DNA from: Monocercomonoides exilis PA203
Lineage: Eukaryota > Protista > Preaxostyla
Reading direction: 5' to 3'
DNA length: 64,000 bases
NCBI GenBank assembly: GCA_001643675.2
Contig: LSRY02000004.1
Coordinates: 1,054,001 to 1,118,000, forward strand
Shown here: positions 1 to 11,079 of the stretch, piece by piece
How positions within the stretch are numbered: the stretch's first letter is position 1
Layout: each line of letters opens with the position of its first letter
Position numbers and translations under genes: made by a program
The notes under the pieces: generated by a model
What the model was told of the DNA's origin: nothing
Database searches by the model: none
Seen by the model: the letters and a program-made list of their open reading frames with translations, nothing else

Positions 1-103
1 ATTGTTGTTATCAAAAGAATAGTTAAGAAATTTAAATGAAAACAAATGGACTTACAGATGATGAAATGGAAGTGTAATGAATTTTGATTAAGTTCGAAAT
101 TAT

Positions 104-104
<1 letters not shown>

Positions 105-153
<49 letters not shown>
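105..153. repeat. poly(A) tract
   Basis: Run of about 49 A; explains the poly-Lys ORF 84..584. Confidence 0.9.
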
Positions 154-155
<2 letters not shown>

Positions 156-1389
156 GAAAAGTTCAACAACAATCTTTATGTACAAAAAGAAAATGACATT
201 CTGGTTTTGCTTGACTTTAAGCAAAACTGTTCTCTTTTTTTCAAGAAGTCTCAAATATCACGAGATTTCTATGAAAAGAAAGAAATATTTCACCGTGGAG
301 TTATTAGTTATCAATCACAACACAATAGACATTACAAATCAAGTTTCCACTTAATTCAGAAGTGCCTTTTAATGACAGTCAATATTCCATTTATTGCATT
401 GCAAATTCTTTTAACCTTTCTTTTCAATTATCATGTTATAAACAATCACTCAAAAAATGAGCTGACTGCGGTTAGCATTTTCGAAAGTGTTTGTTTCAAT
501 ATTTCCTCTTTTATCCTTTATCTTCCATTTTCAAGAAATTCTTTTCCACCTCGTTTTCTATTTTTTTGCAGAAGAACACAGTAAAGGAGAGTTTGGTGTC
601 CTCTCGAGAGGATATCTTAACATCTGAAAACTCATCTCATTTTTTAAAAAACGTTATTTTGTTCATCAAAAGATGAGATTGGAAGTGTGTCAATTAATAA
701 GCATTTTATGTCATATTTCCAAATGCTTCATGAAAGAATATCACCGAAGCTGAGGGTTAAAGATTTAAAATTAAATCTTTTATGGAGCAGCGAAAAAGGA
801 AGAATTTTTGCTTCACCGTTTCACGAAAAAAAGATAAGATGGAATGAAATAAATGTTGCTGTTTCTTTCGAAAGTTAAGAGAAACAAGCAACAAGCAAGT
901 AATCCTCTTGCATCTCTTCACCAATTGGAAAGCAAATACTTTTACTTATTTTGTGAAGATTTGAAGAAGAAAAAGACAAATATTCAACATCAGAATTGTT
1001 TGGAAGTGGAGACGAAACAACAGAAGAAACTGAAAACTGCTATAAAGAACAAAGTCACTTACATCCAAAAAATGCTTTCAGGTGGGATTTTGCAAACAAA
1101 TTTGAAATCATATGTGTAATTTTTTATGAAAAGTCTCAAACGTTCAATTGTCGAATGATATTAAATTTTCATATTTTGCTCAAATTTTTGTCAACATTCA
1201 AGAAACTTATTTAATATGTTATCTGGAACTTGATAATGCAATTGCAAACATTCAAGTGAATTTGCATGAATGTTAACCAAAATTTGTGCTTTATAACAAA
1301 ATTTTAAATCATTTGACAATAGAAAATTTGCGACTTATCAAAAAAAATAATATATATGATCATCTCATTCAAGGTCATTTTTCAAAATT

Positions 1390-1615
1390 GTTCTTTCTTT
1401 TTCTCTCTCTTTCTTTCTTTCTCTTTCTTTTTCTTTCTTTTTCTTTCTCTCTCTTTCTTTCTCTTTCTTTCTCTTTCTTTTTCTTTCTTTTTCTTTCTCT
1501 CTCTTTCTTTCTCTTTCTTTTTCTTTCTTTTTCTTTCTCTCTCTTTCTTTCTCTTTCTTTTTCTTTCTTTTTCTTTCTTTCTCTCTTTTTCTCTTTCTCT
1601 CTCTATCTTTTTCTC
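1390..1615. repeat. TC-rich low-complexity repeat
   Basis: Imperfect tandem TTTC/TCTC units; source of the spurious F/L/S and K/E/R ORFs. Confidence 0.9.
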
Positions 1616-2329
1616 GTTGCATGTGGACATTATTACACAGTCCAAAAACAAACCATTATTTGAAATCTTTCATTAAATATTGTTTCAAAAATCGATATAA
1701 AAAATAACTCATTTGAGCGTCAGTGAAAATTAACAACTATTACTAATATGGATATTCACTTTCTTATTGTTTTTCACCCAATTTCAATTTTATTTGATAA
1801 TCACGTTTTAATAAGTGTTTGCAATAGATCGAATAAAATTCTTTTTTTTTCATAATAAAAGAAAAAAATATCAAACAGATATAAACGGCTAATTCAAAGA
1901 AAAAAAAAAAAATGTATTTGCTGGAGCAGAGAAAAAAGATGTCAATCTATGAAATGAGAAGATAAAAAACTACATCCCAAAAATATTCGAACAGTGAAAG
2001 GATGTATTAAAACAAAAAAGGAATCAGTGGATTTTGCAACAATATCAAACTGTTCTCGGAACAAAGGAATTTCCGCAGTGAAACAAAAAATGCTGGTTGC
2101 AGTGAATGGATAATTGACAATTATTTCACAAAATAAAAAAGAAAAAACTGTCTAATAATACGATGTGGAATAAAAGGAAAATATAAAAAAGTCAATAGAT
2201 GAAAACACATTGTTTATTATTTGCATTTGTGCAAGAAATTCTGTGAGGAAACCTTTTATTGATGAAATAAAAATATTTAGAAAAAACAAAAGATTTCACA
2301 TATTTATGTGAATTGACAAATTATATTTC

Positions 2330-3230
2330 TATGCAAAAAACAGTGGAACAGAAGGATCTCAGTATTTCAAAGTGAAATAAGCTCTTTTACAACAAGGATA
2401 TGACGTGAAGCTGACAATTGAAGAAAGTTTTGCACAACGAAGTTCCGAAATGCTGATATCATGAATACAAAAAAGATGTGACATTGTTTTTCCTTATTAC
2501 AGATACTGGAAATGAACCAAATACCTTGAAAGAAAATCAGTTTATCATGGTACTATTTTTGCGAATATTCAATAATACAAACAAATCAACTTTGTTTATT
2601 TGTTTGAATTATTGAGTGAGAATACCAATAAAAACAATTTCTTCTTTGTTCGGAATTTCTCAAAAGACGGTAAGTTTTTGGCGCAGTGTTGTAAGAGTCT
2701 GTTGTGCAAAAGAATGGAATGACAAACAGCAAACAATTGGAGGCCTAGGAAAAACTGTTGAAATTGACGAAGCTGTCTGGCGGAAGAGAAAATATGGAAG
2801 AAGAAGGAGAAAAGATTATGTTTGGATATTTGGATGAGTGGAGCGTCTCGACGGAGGAGGAGCTGGTAAAATATTTACTTCTATAGTCACGAAGAGAAAA
2901 AAGAAAATATTTGTTCTGCTGACTCAACGTTTTATTTTGCTCGGAACAACTATTATTTCCGACGAATGGAAGGCATATGCTTCTTTGGAGGAGCTGGAAT
3001 ATCAACGTAAAACCTTCTTCATCAAAATAATCTTCATTAATCCGGAAATTGGAACTAGGACGAACACAATATAAGGATTATGATCTCATTTGAGATGTTC
3101 TTTTCCACGGTTTGATACAAAAAAAAGTACATTTTGGATCGTTTTGTCATGTTTCTAGCCAAAATCTCTTTCAAGCTATCATTTGATGTACTAATTAATA
3201 AAATTGCAGAATTCAAAACAGAAGAAAGAG
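2330..3230 (+). pseudogene. Merlin (IS1595/ISXO2-like) DDE transposase remnant
   Basis: Motifs IGGLGKTVEIDEA, WIFG*VER, GTTIISDEWKAY and TNTI*GL, with several stops. The C-terminal part (FDVLINKIAEFKTEE) abuts the TIR element at 3235. The 5' boundary is approximate. Confidence 0.85.
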
Positions 3231-3234
3231 ATAT

Positions 3235-4157
3235 GGTATATCAGCTATGGATCCATCTGGGTGATTATTTTTGAAATCATAACTTTTTTCGGGGTGTTGA
3301 TTATATGAAAATTCATTATCATTTGCTGAATAATTGTCATTTAAACATTAAAAGTTTATCATTCGTTTCAAAAGCCAAAGTTTGACTTGAAATAATTGAA
3401 GCTGCATCATTATAAATAAATCAATAACTTTTCATGGTCCATTTATGAATATTCTTTTCAAATTTTCGTACCGATATTTTTGACAGAAAAAATATGATTT
3501 CGAAAATAATCACCCATCTCGATTAGGTCAATCAATATTATCGATTTATGTGTATCTGATGGTTGTTATCATCTTGTATAATAAGTTGGAATAGGCAATG
3601 ATAACAAGATGGAGATCGAGAGTTATTGCTAATATTCTTAGGGGTTTCTCATGATTAGATATTCAGTGATGTTCTATAAAGAAGGAGTTATTGATTGGTG
3701 TAATCGATGTGTATCTATAGCTGACATACCATATCTCCTAGGAGAAGAATTAGCTAAAGAATTAGCTGAAAGTGTTCAAGTTGGTGAATTAGTGGTGAAA
3801 TTGTGTGAAAATTGGTGTTTTCGTTGATGAAATACATGTGTTGAACATGTGTTGAATGTGTTGATGTTACCGTTGGTGAAATCATCGGTATTATCGTTTG
3901 TGAAATCGTAAATAAAAATAATTGATTTTGTTTTTTGTTTTATAGTAAATGGGTCGGAAGAAGATATACGCAACTGTGGAAGAAGCGAAAGCGGCTCAAC
4001 AGAAACAAATTAAACAGTTTCAGGAAAAACGTAAAGAAGAAACTAAGTGTTACAACGAACATGTATCTGAAAAACAGAAGAAGTTGATTAAGATATTGAG
4101 GAGAAAGCTTATCGAAAGTGATGAGCTGTTAGATGAGTTGATGGAAAAAGTTAATGG
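3235..4157 (+). repeat. Left TIR (~662 bp plus nested MITE)
   Basis: Reverse complement of 7409-8071. Identical by eye from ~3540 inward, with a few mismatches in the outer ~45 bp. Confidence 0.95.
3259..3515. mobile_element. MITE (257 bp) nested in the left TIR
   Basis: 23-bp TIR GGGTGATTATTTTYGAAATCATA. TSD ATCT at 3255-3258 and 3516-3519. The right TIR shows the empty site (GATCCATCTCGATT). Confidence 0.95.
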
Positions 4158-4161
4158 GTAA
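3949..4161 (+). CDS. 70-aa basic, coiled-coil protein encoded in the left TIR
   Basis: ATG ORF MGRKKIYATVEEAKAAQQKQ..., duplicated in the right TIR. The TIR ends almost exactly at the ORF end. Confidence 0.6.
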   Translation: MGRKKIYATVEEAKAAQQKQIKQFQEKRKEETKCYNEHVSEKQKKLIKILRRKLIESDELLDELMEKVNG

Positions 4162-4504
4162 GTTGAATGTGTTTATTTTTGGTTGATTTCGCAGTGAATT
4201 GTTTTGCCTGGACAGGTTAAGGTGGACAAGTGATGTGAGCGATGCTGCGGCGTGGAAATATTGGGTGAAATCTCCGTGCTGGAGAGAGGACAGGTGGACA
4301 GGACTGGACAGGATAAATTATATTCTCCAAAATATGTGGACAAACGGGCAAACTGAGTAAAGTGGGCAAAATACATTTAATGTGAAAATTAACTGTTTCC
4401 CGTCAAAGTTCGACATCAACCTCGACGTCATCTTCCCCGTAAATGCACGTTTCAAAAATAAATCTGTTTCAAAAAATCTTTGTTTTTTTTTTAATTTTTA
4501 TAAA

Positions 4505-6862
4505 ATGACAAACCCCCAAACAGACACTGGCAACGTGATCCAACAACTAATTGATTCAATTTCAACAGAACAGCAAACGCTGGGAGAACGAATGAAAGAT
4601 CACCTTGTTGACTTGTTCGACTACAAGAAATACTCTGACAAGAAGCAGGGCCAACGACACACTGGAAAAGCTGTCGATATCAGCAAATGTGAGGATTTTT
4701 GTGTCGTTGATGTTGATTTTAACAAATCCCTTCAAGCTGAACAAACGAAAACCATCAGGAATTCCATTCTCGAGTAACCCCCCCCCCCCCCCCCCCCCCG
4801 AAACGTCGGACTTGTACAAACAGATCATGGTGGTTTTCACATTTATTGTGAGCTGTGTGGTTATCCCCTTAAATGTTTGTCACAAACCAAAGTGTTCACG
4901 AGTCCAGAGTACGATATCGACATTTTTGCAGGCATTGGAGATCGAAAACAGAGGCTTGAAGTTCAAGCTGACTTTTCATACAGAGAGATGAAAGATGGCA
5001 AGAGAATCATCACCAAATACATTCCCCTCAACAATTACAGACAGCTAACAGATCTTTCATCACTCGAGAGTGTTCTTGACGTTTTCGGTATTGATCTCAA
5101 AACAGAGAATACATCAGCGACAATGGCAGCTGAACCACACAATCTTCTCACACAAGATGGTGTCGTTGATTTGTCTCCAACTGTCGCTCTTGCTCTTGTT
5201 GATGGACTCAAAGATGTTGAAATACATAACGATACAGGTTCTCTGTCACTTGATTCTGAGTTAACTCTTTTACCGTTATTTGCAGCTCTCAACTCTCTCG
5301 TCAACATAAACGGTTTCGACGACCAATCGATAGATTTTCTTTACAATCAAATCAGAAAGACAGCTGCTCTAACAGCAAATGCAATCACTCACTTTGAAGA
5401 AAAACGAAACAGATACAGAGATGACAAGTCACATCTATTTGTTCTACAAAAGATTGTCAAGAGATGGAATCCATCATTTTACAACGATGTGATCATTCCA
5501 CTCCTCAGAAAAGAGAATGAGCAAAAGGAAGAACCTCCACGAGAGATAACTGTTCATGAAATTGATCTCAACTCATCGTTCTCGTTCTCTGAAATCAGGG
5601 ATAAAGCTTGTCGAAAACAATACTCCTCACTGTCTGAAGTCGCCGAAGATCTCATAAAAGTTCTGAGGTTTGTTGAAGCAAGGATGGAATTTATTGTAAA
5701 AGAGTTTGACATTCACTCCTCTTGTTATTCAATAACATTCAAGACAAAATCAGCAATGTACGAACTGTTCAAAACAATAAAACTGTGGCATGATGACAAA
5801 AAGACTCTCACAGTTGAGACAGCTTTCGAACAATACTCTCATGTTCTGTCGATCGATGGAGTGAAGTTCTTCTCAGATAACCCTCAAATATTCTCCCTGT
5901 TCCATGGGTTCAAATACCAAATGGTAAACGAACAAAATGACGAAATCATCAAACCATTCCTCGATTTCACACGAGAAGTTATCGCCAATGACAACGATGA
6001 ACTCTATCAATACATCCTCTGTTGGATTGCGTCAATTGTTCAAAATCCTGGTAAAAAAGCAGAAACATCACTTGTTCTCAAAGGTTTGCAAGGTATTGGA
6101 AAGAATGTCTGGACAAATGAACTTGCTGAACTGTTGGCAGGATATTCATGTCCAAATGTCACAGAGATTGCAGAACTGACAGGACAGTTCAACTCCATCG
6201 TCGAAGGGAAAATGCTCATTGTACTTAACGAATTGAAGAATGTTGGAGATGATCGAACAGCTAACTTCGATGCCTTGAAGAGTATAATCACAGATTCAAC
6301 AATCAGAATCAATGAGAAGAATCAGCCAAGAAGAACAGCTGAGAATGTAGCTAATTTCATATTTGTGACAAATCACACATACCCGGTAAAGATTGAGATT
6401 GGTGACAGCAGATATGTTGTTTGTGATTGTGACTCAAAATATAAGAACAATCTCACATTCTACAAGGATTTCACTAACTCTTTCGATAATGAATTCTAAG
6501 AACAACTTCTCTGTTATTTCATCAGCAAAGATCTCACCAATTTCAACACTAGAGCTTTTCCAACAACGGAAGCAAAGGAAGATATCATTGCAGCATCACT
6601 CTCTGTCATCGATGTATTCTGTCAGGAGCATTACAACAAACTCAAAGAAGTGCGGGGATGTTCTGAAGCACTATGTTTCAGACCAGTTGAATACAAGAAC
6701 GATCGCTCATTCCAACTAGCAATTAAAGACAGATGTGAGAGAACACGAGTAGGTGGAAGAGGAAATCAAGTGTGGTGTTATAAACTCAAGCCAGAGTATG
6801 AACAACTCCTCAAACGACGTGAAGATGAAGATGACATTGATTGTTCTGCGGAAATTAACTAA
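4505..6862 (+). pseudogene. AEP primase-polymerase (Prim-Pol) fused to an SF3/D5-like helicase, ~785 codons, with two in-frame TAA stops
   Basis: Single frame from ATG 4505. Prim-Pol motifs VVDVD and QTDHGGFHIY; Walker A GLQGIGKN, Walker B LIVLNE, motif C FIFVTN. Stops at 4775-4777 (followed by a C22 run that keeps the frame) and 6497-6499. Confidence 0.85.
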
Positions 6863-7062
6863 ACACATTCGTTTATTTGGAATCATAAATACACAAACGA
6901 TACAACTTGTGTGCCACTGACGATTCCATGTGGCAATGTGGCAAAATGATGATACAGTCGAAAATAAATAAAAACCCTCAAAATCATGACAAATTAGGGG
7001 TAAAATGCTCATGTTGGCAGAAATAGCATGTTGGCAGCTCTTTTCAGATGAAATTAAAAGAT

Positions 7063-7094
7063 CCGGACTACCGGACTACCGGACTACCGGACTA
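7063..7094 (+). repeat. Tandem 8-mer (CCGGACTA)x4
   Basis: Four perfect copies next to the internal inverted repeat at 7099-7128. Confidence 0.95.
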
Positions 7095-7386
7095 CGCTTC
7101 CAGCACGGAGATTTTACCCAATATTTCCCTTCCCCAAGCATCTCGATACTGCCACAATTTGGTATCCGGTCTGCCGGTTGACACTTTTTCAAGCTAAATA
7201 CACCAAAATAAACCACAAATCAAGTGAAAAACATCGATGTGGCAATCCACCATAATGCCATTTGTTCAAAAAATATAGGTGTTGACAATCAACTATAATG
7301 TTATCTTGACTACTGTTTGATACAATCTACGATACAACGAACGTGTGTAGTCTGTTATATTTCGTCAATTAACACATTTTACTCAA

Positions 7387-7617
7387 TCATCCCGGTGCAG
7401 GCAAATAACCATTAACTTTTTCCATCAACTCATCTAACAGCTCATCACTTTCGATAAGCTTTCTCCTCAATATCTTAATCAACTTCTTCTGTTTTTCAGA
7501 TACATGTTCGTTGTAACACTTAGTTTCTTCTTTACGTTTTTCCTGAAACTGTTTAATTTGTTTCTGTTGAGCCGCTTTCGCTTCTTCCACAGTTGCGTAT
7601 ATCTTCTTCCGACCCAT
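7387..7617 (-). CDS. Second copy of the TIR-encoded small protein (76 aa)
   Basis: First 70 aa identical to 3949..4161; reads 6 aa beyond the TIR boundary. Confidence 0.6.
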   Translation of the reverse strand: MGRKKIYATVEEAKAAQQKQIKQFQEKRKEETKCYNEHVSEKQKKLIKILRRKLIESDELLDELMEKVNGYLPAPG

Positions 7618-8071
7618 TTACTATAAAACAAAAAACAAAATCAATTATTTTTATTTACGATTTCACAAACGATAATACCGATGATTTCACCAACGGTAAC
7701 ATCAACACATTCAACACATGTTCAACACATGTATTTCATCAACGAAAACACCAATTTTCACACAATTTCACCACTAATTCACCAACTTGAACACTTTCAG
7801 CTAATTCTTTAGCTAATTCTTCTCCTAGGAGATATGGTATGTCAGCTATAGATACACATCGATTACACCAATCAATAACTCCTTCTTTATAGAACATCAC
7901 TGAATATCTAATCATGAGAAACCCCTAAGAATATTAGCAATAACTCTCGATCTCCATCTTGTTATCATTGCCTATTCCAACTTATTATACAAGATGATAA
8001 CAACCATCAGATACACATAAATCGATTATATTGATAGATCTTAATCGAGATGGATCAATAGCTGAAATACC
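7409..8071 (-). repeat. Right TIR (663 bp)
   Basis: Inverted copy of 3235-4157 without the MITE. Confidence 0.95.
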
Positions 8072-10055
8072 ATATCTTTGGTCTGAAGAAGATCTAGCAC
8101 AGCAAGCAAAGATGTATGTTGAATCAAAGCGAAAGAGTGCTTGTTTCACACTGTTTGTTATTCGACATAATCATTCAGTTCCAATTATTGCATCGCTCAG
8201 ATAAATTGTCTTTAATTCAATAAGAGCTGAATCATTTGCTTATTGGTTTGCTTTAATTCCAAAATTAATATTTATTCGTGAATTATAATTATCTCAAAGA
8301 TCAAACCGAAATTGACTTTCTTTTGTCAGTGGTAATGATGTTGAAGTGTTCAAAATTATATTTTTCACTGCACAAGCAGTGTTTTTACTGATTCTCTTTC
8401 CCAAAAGTTCAAAATTTGAATCCTGTTCATTTTTTGTTATCCAATAAGCCGCACTTCTTCTTCACGCACAGATTCAGATTCAATGATAAAATACTGTGTT
8501 GCTTGCAAAGTCAATGCATTATTTATCATTAAACAGACAATCACACGCTCATTTTAACTTCGTTCTGTTTTTGCTTTTTCCTTTTTATTTTGTATCAGCT
8601 CCAAAAAACACATCTATTTCATTATTATGACAAATATTTTTTTCAAGCGAAAAGTAATTTTAAAAAACATTTCCTAATGTTCACTTAATGCTTTTCTTTG
8701 AAAAGATATTTATGATATGGAGTAAATATTAAAAGCGAGTGATGAAAAACTTGAGAGATTTTTGAAATTTCGTTCTTCAAAGATGTTTTGCTTACATAAA
8801 GAAAGATTATGATAAATAAACATACGCAAAAATTAAGATGCATATAAATATAAATTGAAAGCGATTGTTCATTAAATGAAAAGAAACAGCAAATTCTATT
8901 TTTAGAATATTGAAAATATAATTGTGGGGTGGTACAATTGATTTTTTAATTTGTTTAATTTTTTTTAATGTTTTATTTATTGAAAAATCATTAATTTTGT
9001 AAGAGTTTATAATTATAAACGACACTGCATCTGATTTTTGCTTTGAAATTATCAATTTTTATCAAAAATTTAAATAATAACTCAGATTTATGGATGATTT
9101 TAAAAAATAGTTTTTTCTCAAGGATCAACAAGAATTGAAAATTCCAGTCCATACAAATGTTTTATTTAGGCCTTTGCGACACAGAAAATTTTTTCGTTTG
9201 TGTCGGTCGTTTAAGTCGACTCGTGTCGGAATCAATTTATGAGAAAAAATTGTTTCACATAAATTTTTTCTTATCAAAATTTTTTAATAAACAAACTTAA
9301 CATTATTTCAATAGTATTTAGGAAAAAAACTTTTTTCAAAAATTACCATATTTCTTTTTGAATAAAAAATTATTTATGAAATTGATCAAATTTTTTTTGG
9401 ATGTTTTGTTGTATTTTCAAACAAATACAAATTCAGTCAATCTTCTTTTCGAATGAATAAGATGATAAACTTTTATATACATATGTTAATCACACAAAAG
9501 ATGGTTGTTTTCGGTTCCAACAACTGTGTTTTCTGTTTTTATAATGATATATAAATAGAAGTGAATAAAGTCATTAACAGTTTGTTAATCTACATTTAGA
9601 ATGTTTTATTTTGAACGCCAATCAGTTTTCTTTATAGTTTGAGATTGCTTTATGCAAACAAAGAACAACAGATAAATGAGAAAAAGAAGGGACTATTTAG
9701 GAATAAAATGAAATGAAAACATATATCGATGTCACAAAATGAGCAGTGAAGAAGAATAGTGAAAAAGCAGAAAAGGAAATTTGAAGAAAAGATAACAACA
9801 AAATTTTGAAGAAAAAAGATGTTTTTTTTGGAGTAGTGGAATATTTTTAATCTGAGAGTGATCGGCAATACACATTTGGAGAAAATATCTACACAAAGTC
9901 GCTGAATGGGCATTGGAGGAAGTTGAGGAAGAAGAGACAAGAAAGCAAACACTATAACCTTCAATTTTCTCGGCTGACACAGAAACAACTTTTGTTAAAG
10001 GGGAAGATTTGTGCCCTCTTTCTCATCCATTTCGATCATTGTTTATACAAAGGAT

Positions 10056-10532
10056 TGCTCGTCTCCTCATGAAAAACTGATTGCTTGCTCAAAGGATTCG
10101 TTGTTTATGCTGCAACATGGGATGAACGAGAAGAAAGAGATGGCAATTGGCATTCTGCAGGAGAGGGTGCAGACAGCAGCTCAAATCCTGTCCTGCATGG
10201 CCAATCTCGCACTTCACTCGTTTGATGAAATGGACAATCCTCTCTCATCACTTGCCAACATCAGTCCTCACATTGTGTTGTTCTCTGAACATATGGTCAT
10301 TTGTGTTGCAATGCGCTCCGACTGCTCTTCTGCAGATTCAGACTCATCATCCATCTCATCAACAGTTGTGACATCTGCAAGTGATGAGGAAGACACTCTG
10401 CCCTCATCAGCATTTGAGGATGAAGATAGTTTCAAAAAAGAGTGTTTGAGGTGGAAGGCGCCCGAGCTGCTGATCAACAAGAAGATGGGAGCAACGAAAG
10501 AGTCGGTAGTGTTCTCAATTGGGATGTTATGG
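10056..10532 (+). pseudogene. Captured fragment of the receptor-pseudokinase family
   Basis: CSSPHEKLI...FDEMDNPLSSLAN.SPHIVLFSEHMVIC...ECLRWKAPELLINKKMGATKESV closely matches 57205-57699 on the minus strand. Truncated at both ends. Confidence 0.9.
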
Positions 10533-11079
10533 ATAAAGTTCTTTATAGAAGATATATATTTTTTTTTTAGAAAATATTCGTTTGTGAATTTTGTTTTTTT
10601 CTTTATTTCATGACCAACATTTCAACATTCCATGTTTTTCATTTCTTATCATTGTTTCTCTTATTTTTGAAATTGCTCATTTTTGTTTTCATATTTTACA
10701 TATGTATTATCTATTTTAATAATATATTTTATATAAAAATTTTGTTGATCTGAACTTTTGTATTGATTTATTTATGTTTTTTATGCACTTCACCTTATTT
10801 ATTTTCTAGGTTTGCTCCTGTTATTATTTGAATTTTTAATAATCTATATTTATGATTCTGGATGAAAATTATGAAATTAACAAATTAAAAAACCATTAAT
10901 TAATTATGTCCATTTGTCGTTGAATCAGTTTTTCAAAGCTTAATTTTCAAATGTTTGATTTTTGATTAATGCAGGTATTTACCACACCTCTTCTTCTTTC
11001 CTGTATTTTAACTTTTCTTTTGATCTTTTCATTCTTCTGTTTCTTCATTTTTTCATCTTCAATCAATTTCTCGCATTCA

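Larger units (their letters stand above)
3235..8071. mobile_element. Long-TIR element encoding a primase-polymerase/SF3 helicase, with no transposase
   Basis: TIRs at 3235-4157 (including a nested MITE) and 7409-8071. Termini GGTAT...ATACC are flanked by ATAT (3231-3234, 8072-8075). One large internal gene. Confidence 0.85.

Noticed and set aside
84-1676. ORFs with poly-K, F/L/S or K/E/R runs
   Set aside because: They are translations of a poly(A) tract and a TC microsatellite.
3776-3973. 65-aa ORF duplicated at 7593-7790
   Set aside because: Non-ATG start, antisense and overlapping the better 70-aa ORF. It is duplicated only because it lies in the TIR.
4775-6499. TAA read as Gln (non-canonical code known from some oxymonads) in the primase-helicase gene
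   Set aside because: Only two TAA occur among many CAA/CAG codons, and neighbouring host genes end in TAA/TAG. Nonsense mutations or sequence errors are simpler.
7063-7094. Possible CRISPR or telomeric array
   Set aside because: Only four contiguous 8-mers with no spacers, at an internal position.
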